Source: an uncultured archaeon (GTDB lineage Archaea; Asgardarchaeota; Jordiarchaeia; Jordiarchaeales; Jordiarchaeaceae). From it: a DNA stretch of 20,486 bases. Below are positions 7,340-14,499 of the stretch, piece after piece. A program made the translations under genes and the position numbers. Below the pieces are notes generated by a model. The model did no database searches. It was not told where the DNA came from and worked only from the letters and a program-made list of their open reading frames with translations. Each line of letters starts with the position of its first letter. The stretch's first letter is position 1. The DNA lies in assembly GCA_964510585.1 (NCBI GenBank), contig CAZECW010000168.1, forward strand, positions 1 to 20,486. Reading direction: 5' to 3'.

Positions 7340-7606
7340 TTATTTTAGCTTTTTCACCAGAAAGCGAAGTGTTCTTCCACTCTTTTCTAATTTTAAAATT
7401 TGGTTTCCGGTTCTTTTAGCCCATCGAGTTATGTCTTCCTCTGCAGCTGGATCGTCAGCCAGAATCTCCAAGACCTGGCCAACTTCTAGCTTTTCGATCT
7501 CTTCTTTAGTTCGGAATATGGGCTCTGGACAGTAGAGTCCAATTGCGTCTAATGTACGGTCTGCCTTAACCTCCTCTTGGCCCTTCTTTTCTTTGGAGCT
7601 CGACAT
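7340..7606 (-). CDS. tusA: TusA/SirA-family sulfur-carrier protein
   Basis: LDAIGLYCPEPIFRT (CPxP motif) and GQVLEILADDPAAEEDITRWAKRTG. ATG 10 nt after GGAGG. Confidence 0.9.
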   Translation of the reverse strand: MSSSKEKKGQEEVKADRTLDAIGLYCPEPIFRTKEEIEKLEVGQVLEILADDPAAEEDITRWAKRTGNQILKLEKSGRTLRFLVKKLK

Positions 7607-7627
7607 ATTTAAAATTCCTCCTAACCA

Positions 7628-7738
7628 TTAATTAGTTGTCAATTCTTCATCCGTTCTCTTCTCTTTTGTAAAGTTTTTACAAGCGTCATAAGCTTTTCTT
7701 AAAGCAGCGTAGGCAGCATATATCAATAAACCAAACAA
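7628..7738 (-). CDS. Candidate 36-aa small membrane-associated protein upstream of tusA (not in the ORF track)
   Basis: TTG start, MFGLLIYAAYAALRKAYDACKNFTKEKRTDEELTTN, TAA 21 nt before the tusA ATG. AAAGGGAAG and TATATTTAAA lie upstream. Could instead be the tail of a decayed gene. Confidence 0.35.
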   Translation of the reverse strand: MFGLLIYAAYAALRKAYDACKNFTKEKRTDEELTTN

Positions 7739-7809
7739 TTTATTCTACTTCCCTTTAAATATAGTTTTTAACAATTGTTAATTTCTTTTCGATTTTAGGA
7801 ATAAGTAAA

Positions 7810-8000
7810 GCCTTATAAATATTTCCCGAACGCAGCTATAAGCAGCGGATTACTACCCCCCGCATAAAGCTCAATTAACACTTCATTAAGCCGCAGAACA
7901 GGCTACACAACCAATAGTAGGTCATAGAGATTCAGGTAAAAACTCGCCGAAAAGCAGCCCAAGGCCGAAAAGCATAGCTATCGCATCGCTTCATAGAGTT
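7810..8000 (-). pseudogene. Possible decayed membrane-protein gene remnant
   Basis: Protein-like hydrophobic fragments in shifting frames with stops: AIAMLFGLGLLFGEFL / NLYDLLLVV* / PVLRLNEVLIELYAGGSNPLLIAAFGKYL*. No family recognised with confidence. Confidence 0.2.
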
Positions 8001-8061
8001 AGCTTATCGCTCCTTAGATAATTTTTTAGGGTTTTTTGATACAGTTTAACTGTGGTTTTGA

Positions 8062-8724
8062 ATGCGATACTCAATTTTTAAGGATCGGGAACATGCCGGC
8101 AAGGAGCTCGGAAAACGGTTAGCCGAAAAATATCGGAACAAAGACGCTATAGTGCTAGCCATACCGAGGGGGGGCGTCCCTGTAGGCGTCTATGTAGCTC
8201 TTGAACTCAATGCGGAGCTAGATTTGATAGTCACTCGTAAAATTCAGATTCCCTGGAATCCAGAAGCAGGGTTTGGTGCGGTAACTGTAGACGGTACGAT
8301 TGTACTGAATGAACCTCTTGTGGCGCGCCTCGGTTTGGAAAAAGGGGAAATTGAGGAACTAGCAGAAGGTGTTCGGAGAGAGATAGAGCGAAGAATAAAG
8401 GAATTTAGAGGGGATAAGCCACCCCCAAATGTAAGGAATCGCACCGTCATAGTTGTGGATGACGGATTGGCATCAGGCTACACCATGATTGCTGCAGTTA
8501 AATCAATCAGAAAAGATGAACCGGAAAAAATAGTGGTAGCGGTACCAGTATCTCCAAGAAGCTCTCTCGCAAGAGTGGAAAAATTTGCAGACGAAATAGT
8601 TTGCCTCATTGTTAGCGAAGCATACATGTTCGCGGTTGCAGACTATTATGAAAACTGGTACGACTTAACAGACGAAGACTTGAAAAAGTACATGAGAGAA
8701 TACAATGAGAAAAAGAGCAGATGA
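8062..8724 (+). CDS. Type I phosphoribosyltransferase-family protein (Rv0571c-like group)
   Basis: FKDREHAGKELG, VLAIPRGGVPV, RKIQIPWNPEAGFGAV, PRPP loop VIVVDDGLASGYTM, VVAVPV and F.AVADYYENW. Confidence 0.85.
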   Translation: MRYSIFKDREHAGKELGKRLAEKYRNKDAIVLAIPRGGVPVGVYVALELNAELDLIVTRKIQIPWNPEAGFGAVTVDGTIVLNEPLVARLGLEKGEIEELAEGVRREIERRIKEFRGDKPPPNVRNRTVIVVDDGLASGYTMIAAVKSIRKDEPEKIVVAVPVSPRSSLARVEKFADEIVCLIVSEAYMFAVADYYENWYDLTDEDLKKYMREYNEKKSR

Positions 8725-8828
8725 GACGCAATTCCTAATAGAATCCCGAGGTATGGTATAAATTTCATCCAGTTGTGATGCGAAAAAAGGAGTTTATGAG
8801 GGATGTAACTGAGATTTGTTTCCCAATT

Positions 8829-9755
8829 TCACTGTTCCTTATGGAGAAGCCCAAGCTTTTTCATGGTAAGCTTCAACTTTTCAAGTTGCTCTGTGTTTAT
8901 TTGCGGCAGTGGACTTCTAACCACCGTGCATATTTTTCTACCATAGAGCATCATTGCATTTTTTATTAGGGAAGGCCCACATTCCACTGGAGCTACTAGT
9001 AGTAATTCTAAAAGTTTAGTGGCTTCAGGCATATACGCCTTCGCCTTTTCCATATTTCCAGAGTTATATAGTCTGAAGACCTCGCATAGGGGTTTGGGTT
9101 CAATGTTGGAAGTTCCAAAGATTGCCCCCTTTGCTCCCGCTTCCAATGATGCTTGTAAAGTTAGCTCGCTTCCAGGCATTACTATAAAGTCCTCGGGAAC
9201 AAGCTCCAAAACTCTTTTGGTATGATTAGCGTCTATAACAGTGTCCTTCAAACCTACAACGTTATCAATTTCAGCCAACTTGGCAATAGTTTCAGGACTT
9301 ATATCGAACCTAGTTACCATTGGGAAATTATAAACGAAAACCGGTATATTTACTTCCTCTGCCAGTTTCTTATAATAATTGTAAACCATTTCCTCAGTTA
9401 GGGGAAAATAGGGAACTAAAACAGACATTACAGCGTCGGCACCCAGTTTTTCCGCCTCACGGGAAAGCCTTATGGAAACCCTTGTGCTAAAATGGCTTGT
9501 TCCCGCAATAACGGGAACCCTACCAGCAACCTGATCCACCACTATCTTAACAGTTTTGTTTCGCTCCTCCTCAGATAAATAGGCAAACTCACCCATACTA
9601 CCCAGACAAAAAATGCCGTGAACACCCTTCTCCAGCAAAAAATTTACATGTTCACGCATAGCAGTTTCGTCCAACCTCTGCTCCGCATCAAAAAGAGTCA
9701 CCATAGCAGGTATAACACCCTGTACTTTTTTAATACAGCTCAACCTCCACAACAA
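8829..9755 (-). CDS. DHDPS/NAL-family class I aldolase, more like 2-keto-3-deoxy sugar-acid aldolases than true DapA. Start uncertain (9755, 9743, or ATT at 9734)
   Basis: GVIPAMVT, GVHGIFCLGSMGEF, GRVPVIAG, GADAV, YNFP (Tyr) and VVGLKDT (Schiff-base Lys). GSMGE instead of GTTGE; YNFPMVT lacks the DapA Arg of YNxPxRT. Confidence 0.85.
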   Translation of the reverse strand: MLWRLSCIKKVQGVIPAMVTLFDAEQRLDETAMREHVNFLLEKGVHGIFCLGSMGEFAYLSEEERNKTVKIVVDQVAGRVPVIAGTSHFSTRVSIRLSREAEKLGADAVMSVLVPYFPLTEEMVYNYYKKLAEEVNIPVFVYNFPMVTRFDISPETIAKLAEIDNVVGLKDTVIDANHTKRVLELVPEDFIVMPGSELTLQASLEAGAKGAIFGTSNIEPKPLCEVFRLYNSGNMEKAKAYMPEATKLLELLLVAPVECGPSLIKNAMMLYGRKICTVVRSPLPQINTEQLEKLKLTMKKLGLLHKEQ

Positions 9756-9863
9756 GTATTTAATTTAACTAAAAGAGGACTTCATTTATTAATTTATTTT
9801 CAAGAACCAAAAAAATGTGAAAAAGTAGAAGAAGCGGGAAAAGTTTCCCCTAATAAAAAAGGG

Positions 9864-10880
9864 TTAAGCTATGCTTAGGTGCGCTTCTCTCCAAATTCTG
9901 TACTTTTCAGGAAAGCCCAAATCCGAAACTATTTTGGTGGCCTTGAACCTGTTAGCTATACTCTTAACCGTTTCAAAATCACTCTCATTAACCAGAGTCC
10001 AGTACTTGAAGGAAACCTTCCTTCTACGAGCAGTTATGTTGTCAATGAACCTCATTTTCTCAATCTCAATATTATACTCCTGCGAACCGGGACTAGGCAA
10101 GATAGGAGACCACGGATTAATGTTAACCAGCAAATGTCCAGATATTCCAGACAACGCCTCCACGTCCTGTCCAAGCTGTCTGAAGGCACCCTTCTCGTAG
10201 CCCACCTCAGGATCAATATCAACACCAATCAAGAAATCTAATCCTTCCTTCTTCTTAGCTACACTATAGATTCCCGAAAGGGCATTGTACATTTTTTCAG
10301 CTCTCCAGTCCAACCACTTGGAGAAGAGTTGATCATTATCCCTCAGTCCGTCCCATGTAAACGACTCATCTATCCCCGCCGCTGCTGAGAACTCCTTTTT
10401 ACAACTATCACAGAAGCAAAACTCCTGCCTCACAAAGGTATTACCCAAAAGTATGATGCCGGCGATAGGAAACCGAATCACTTCCTCAACAACACTTTTG
10501 AGATAAGCCCAGAAAGGCTCCCTAGCAGGGCAGACATAATGCTCATTAGCCACGCCATTAGCATTGTATGTCTTATAGGAGGGGTCCACACCATAGTAAT
10601 TGTCTACAAAGGTGTAAATAACCGCATAAAGCTTAATCCCTGCAGCCTCAGTAATCTTCGCAACCGTTGAAAAAAAGTCACCATACTTCTCATGTATAGG
10701 AGCCACATTACTCTCATACAAAGCAAAACCAGAATCATGCTTTGCAACCGCGGCAATCTGCTTCATATATCCCCCAAAAGTTGCAAGAAATGAATCAGCG
10801 CTTTCCTCTTTCATAGTGTCAGGACTCATTATAGGCAGAACATTCCGAATAAGTAAATTACGAACTTGCTCCATAGTCAA
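9864..10880 (-). CDS. GHL10/DUF4015-like glycoside-hydrolase-like TIM barrel with Cys cluster, apparently lacking catalytic acids
   Basis: GFALYES.VAP, GIKLYA, YVCPARE..W.YL..VVEEV, FCFCDSCKKEF, W.DWR and GQD match the family pattern. The usual DG(I/V)xxD reads AGIILLG. Confidence 0.6.
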   Translation of the reverse strand: MTMEQVRNLLIRNVLPIMSPDTMKEESADSFLATFGGYMKQIAAVAKHDSGFALYESNVAPIHEKYGDFFSTVAKITEAAGIKLYAVIYTFVDNYYGVDPSYKTYNANGVANEHYVCPAREPFWAYLKSVVEEVIRFPIAGIILLGNTFVRQEFCFCDSCKKEFSAAAGIDESFTWDGLRDNDQLFSKWLDWRAEKMYNALSGIYSVAKKKEGLDFLIGVDIDPEVGYEKGAFRQLGQDVEALSGISGHLLVNINPWSPILPSPGSQEYNIEIEKMRFIDNITARRRKVSFKYWTLVNESDFETVKSIANRFKATKIVSDLGFPEKYRIWREAHLSIA

Positions 10881-11007
10881 GCCTCATAAAATTTTTACAG
10901 TTACTATATAAAGACACAAATATTTGATAAATAGTTTACGTTAAACAAAAACACTTAATAAAAGTAATAATAATATTCAGTCTTATTAATCTTAACTAGG
11001 AAATCTC

Positions 11008-13674
11008 CTAAACCCACATGTCTAACCTAGTGACCCCAATGATTTTTTGGAAATCTACACCTATCGCATCCAGAACCTGCTCAAAAGTAGATTTAAGATA
11101 CTCTTGATACTTTTCAGTATCAATCTCCTCTTTACTGGCAAGTTCCACCGGCCGCACACCATCTCTACCCCTGACCTTCACAAAAGAGATTATATCCCCT
11201 GGTTTAAGCTCCTTCCCATTCTTGGTGAGCTGCCTCGCCGCCTTCACATGCTGCGGGGTGGTCTTAACATAGCTGTTAAGGGGCTTATTTATTTGTATGT
11301 GAAATGCAAACTCTTCCAAGCTGAATTCTTTGTTTCTTATTTTGTTATAGCAAGTTCTCGCGATTTCTTGAATCTCTTTTTTGGCTTTGTCAAAGTCCTC
11401 CTGGGATTGGACCCGGCTTAAAGTTTCCACCATTTTGAGAAAGGATTCCTGAGCAAATTGAGGGGTGTTCCTCTTTTTTCCAGTGAGACCCTTTATATCC
11501 ACGGAACCATCCTTGAAAACTCCAAGATAGTTCTTCTTACGATCTGACAACGCTACGTAGCGATATTCCTTATCCAATTCTAGGTCTATTTGGAGTTCCT
11601 TTTTGCTCCAGTTTCTGAGTTCTTCTATGGATTTTGGTGAGGGGTTTTTTATGAAGACGCTGTCGGTGTCGCCGTAGATTATTTTCATTCCTAGGGATTT
11701 GGCTTTGTCTATGGCTCTTTGGATGGCGTATCTTCCTATGGCTGCAGTGCTTTCGGCTACTGGTAAGCAGTAGAAGGGGAAGTGTTCGGCGCCGAAAACT
11801 CCGTAGCTGGCGTTTAGGTATACTTTTAGTGCTCTTTCGACTATGGAGTTCCATGTTCGTTCTTCTTCTTTTAGTGTGCGGTCTTTGGATTTTGGTTTGA
11901 ACCACTTTACGCGTATGTCTCTTAGGAAGCCTATTATTATGGAGGTTATTCCGTTGCGTTTTGTGCATACCCAGTGGTTTGTTTCTGGGACAATGTTTTT
12001 TCTGCATTCGGGGTGTGGGCATCTTACGGTTTCGTAGCTTAGGTTGTATTCTTTTATGATGCTGGGGTAAAGGGAGGCGAAGTCGAGTACTGCTACGTTG
12101 AAGTGTACTCCTGCTTCTGGTTCAACTACTATTGCTCCTCTGAATTTTTTGTCTTTGATGATTGCTTTGGTTTCGCCGATTCCTTTTATGCGGTTTATGT
12201 CTTCTGGGAGGGGTATGAGGTAGTTTCTTATGCGGTGTTCGTAGTAGAACAGGTTTTTTATCCAGGAGGATACTCCTTGTCTTGTTAGGTCTTCTGCGGA
12301 TAGTCGGGAGATGCGCATTAGTAGGATGATTAGTTTCATGACTAGGTTGTCGTCGAATTGTGTTAGTTTGAGGGTGACTTGGGAGTCCCACCAGCAGTAG
12401 TATGCGAGGTCTAGGAGGGATAATTCGTGGATTGATTTGTCGAGGGTGAGTTTTCCGACGTTTAGGAGGGCTTTTGATATGGCGTCTAGTGTTTCTTCTT
12501 TGTAGCGGTCTGAAAATGCGTAGACTTGGATGGATCTGTTGTGGAAGAATCGGTATAGGTCGATGTGGATGCTTGTGGTCATGTAGGCGAATTCGTTTGT
12601 TAGGATTATGGGTATTTCTTCTTTTTTGATGCCTAGTTTGAGGGCTCTATTGTATAGGTATCTTAGGTCGAAATTGTCGCCGTTGAAGGTGACGATTATG
12701 GGGTATTCGCTCATGGCTTCGAAGGCTCTTTTTAACATTTGGGGTTCGCTGTTGAAGTATTCTATTTTGACGTCTGGGGGTAGGCCTTTGGGCCATTCTC
12801 CGGCTTCGACGTCTTCTCTCTTTAGGAGCAAAATTGTGTTCTTGTTTTCGCTGGAAACTAGGGATACGCATATTACTTGGTTTTCTGCGGTTGATGAGTC
12901 GGGTATTCTGTCTCGGATGGGAGAGTAAACTTCTATGTCTATGGCGGCTCTTTTTATGTCTGGTACTGGTGTTAGGAATAGGGGTAAGAACTCGTCAAGT
13001 ACGTCTTTGAATTTGGTTGTTTCTCCCAGGGCGGTTTCCATTTCTTTTTTTATATGGGCAGGGATTTCGGTGGGGGTTTTGATTATATTTCCTTTTTCTA
13101 TTCGGTAGAAGAGACCAGGTATTATGTTTCTGTCGAAGATAAAGTTGTCGTGGTATCTGATTTTGGCCTCCCAGGCTTTTGGCAGAATTTCTCTTATGGA
13201 GTTGCTTTTGCCTCCTATGGCTAGGGGATCCTTCGCCACAATTTTTGTCATTTTTACGGTTTTGTCGGAGAGCAAATCATATTTTTCGACTTCTTCAAAG
13301 TTTAGTAAACCTTCGTGGCTCATCAGTTTTTTATTCTGTCTTAATTTTTCGCAGTCAAGGTCTGAGTAGCAGTAAGGGTGGTGGTTGGTGTTATCATACC
13401 AGCAAAAGAGCTTTTTGGTTTTGGGGTCGTATAAACGTGTGAATGCTAGATTGTTTTTTCCGTCATACTCCACCGATAGAACTAAACCCGGACCGTAATT
13501 TTCTGGGCAAAAATAGGGCAGTCCCTCGAACTTTACCTCCACCTCTTCCTCCTCGTCGCCACTCACCTCCTCGTCAACTTCGGTTTCGACTTCCTCTATT
13601 TTTTCTTGAGGAGGTTCCTTTTTGGGCGTAGGTTCTTTTTGCATGTATTTAAGAAGACCCGCCTTTTCACTCAT
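11008..13674 (-). CDS. polB1: Family B DNA polymerase, PolB1 (Sulfolobus Dpo1-like) clade
   Basis: VEYDGK and YDNTNHHPY (PolB1 N-terminal pattern). Exo motifs AIDIEVY, TFNGDNFDL and YCWWD. Pol motifs LDFASLYPSII, KVYLNASYG, IYGDTDS, KKNY.G and KKRNTP. TPQHVKAA. Confidence 0.95.
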   Translation of the reverse strand: MSEKAGLLKYMQKEPTPKKEPPQEKIEEVETEVDEEVSGDEEEEVEVKFEGLPYFCPENYGPGLVLSVEYDGKNNLAFTRLYDPKTKKLFCWYDNTNHHPYCYSDLDCEKLRQNKKLMSHEGLLNFEEVEKYDLLSDKTVKMTKIVAKDPLAIGGKSNSIREILPKAWEAKIRYHDNFIFDRNIIPGLFYRIEKGNIIKTPTEIPAHIKKEMETALGETTKFKDVLDEFLPLFLTPVPDIKRAAIDIEVYSPIRDRIPDSSTAENQVICVSLVSSENKNTILLLKREDVEAGEWPKGLPPDVKIEYFNSEPQMLKRAFEAMSEYPIIVTFNGDNFDLRYLYNRALKLGIKKEEIPIILTNEFAYMTTSIHIDLYRFFHNRSIQVYAFSDRYKEETLDAISKALLNVGKLTLDKSIHELSLLDLAYYCWWDSQVTLKLTQFDDNLVMKLIILLMRISRLSAEDLTRQGVSSWIKNLFYYEHRIRNYLIPLPEDINRIKGIGETKAIIKDKKFRGAIVVEPEAGVHFNVAVLDFASLYPSIIKEYNLSYETVRCPHPECRKNIVPETNHWVCTKRNGITSIIIGFLRDIRVKWFKPKSKDRTLKEEERTWNSIVERALKVYLNASYGVFGAEHFPFYCLPVAESTAAIGRYAIQRAIDKAKSLGMKIIYGDTDSVFIKNPSPKSIEELRNWSKKELQIDLELDKEYRYVALSDRKKNYLGVFKDGSVDIKGLTGKKRNTPQFAQESFLKMVETLSRVQSQEDFDKAKKEIQEIARTCYNKIRNKEFSLEEFAFHIQINKPLNSYVKTTPQHVKAARQLTKNGKELKPGDIISFVKVRGRDGVRPVELASKEEIDTEKYQEYLKSTFEQVLDAIGVDFQKIIGVTRLDMWV

Positions 13675-13726
13675 TTTTGGTCTCCCAGCGTTTTTTGTTT
13701 GGCTAACACCCTTTGCGAATGAATTC

Positions 13727-13734
13727 CTTATATA
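13727..13734 (-). promoter_or_regulatory. Possible TATA box for polB1 in the divergent polB1/PPC intergenic region
   Basis: TATATAAG on the minus strand about 53 nt upstream of the ATG; GGGAGA RBS-like sequence near the start. Confidence 0.35.
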
Positions 13735-13889
13735 GTTGGTAGATTTGAGGATAGAATCAAGACTATATTATTGAAGTGTGAGAAACATAAATAAGTCTAA
13801 CCTAAGGTTAAAAAAATTATCCATCTAAGAAAACGGTGAACGTCAAAAATTGGAATTTTGTCCTCCACGATTTTATAGGGGTGAAGAAA

Positions 13890-14312
13890 TTGAAGTCAAT
13901 AGAGTCGAACTCTAAAAGGATTATTGTTGCAAAACTGGAAAAAGGAGAGGATCTATTAGAGGCATTAGCGGAATTAGCTAAAAAACATGAATTAGTTTCC
14001 GGCTTTTTTAGCGCCATTGGAGCTTTATCAAAGGCCAATATTGGTTTCTTTGAAGAGGGTGAATATAAATCCGTAAAGTTGGAATCAGATTTAGAATTGT
14101 TATCATGCATTGGAAATGTTTCCTACAGGGAAGGGGAAGTGATGGTTCACGCCCATGCTGTGGTAGGTGACCGGGAAGGAAAAGCTTTTGGCGGACATGT
14201 ACTTAAGGGATGCGTTGTTTCAGTCACTTGTGAAATATTTTTAGTAGAAATAGACAAAAAGGTAATACGGACTAAAGATAACGCTACGGGACTCTATCTC
14301 CTAGATTTTTAA
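13890..14312 (+). CDS. PPC-domain (DUF296) putative DNA-binding/zinc protein
   Basis: RIIVAKLEKGEDLL, AIGALS, LELLSCIGNVS, HAHAVVGDREGKAFGGHV and VSVTCEIFL. Start moved from 13836 to the TTG at 13890, which follows GGGGTG (GTG at 13881 also possible). Confidence 0.85.
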   Translation: MKSIESNSKRIIVAKLEKGEDLLEALAELAKKHELVSGFFSAIGALSKANIGFFEEGEYKSVKLESDLELLSCIGNVSYREGEVMVHAHAVVGDREGKAFGGHVLKGCVVSVTCEIFLVEIDKKVIRTKDNATGLYLLDF

Positions 14313-14455
14313 GCAGAACTTGAAATTATAAGTTGTAATAAAAAGGGGTAAGCAGCTACTGAGAAGAGGCGTTTAAAATAATTTTTTAAACATTCGTATA
14401 AAAAAGATTAAAAGCTTTATTTCTAAAAATATCTTTTAGAGATTTAAAAAATCGA

Positions 14456-14463
14456 TTTATAAT
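14456..14463 (+). promoter_or_regulatory. Possible TATA box for the GIFT-domain gene
   Basis: TTTATAAT preceded by an A-rich BRE-like stretch, about 37 nt before the TTG; GGAGG 7 nt before the start. Confidence 0.35.
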
Positions 14464-14499
14464 ACAGATTACATCACCATATTAATAGGAGGCTCACTG

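Noticed and set aside
11047-13631. Numerous shadow ORFs overlapping polB1 (e.g. 11570-12022, 12122-12391, 12608-12928)
   Set aside because: They are alternative-frame or antisense products of the strong local codon skew and show no family motifs. The same applies to shadow ORFs over the other genes.
14422-14440. Inverted repeat TCTAAAA-N5-TTTTAGA upstream of the GIFT gene promoter
   Set aside because: Low-complexity AT-rich arms and no second copy seen.
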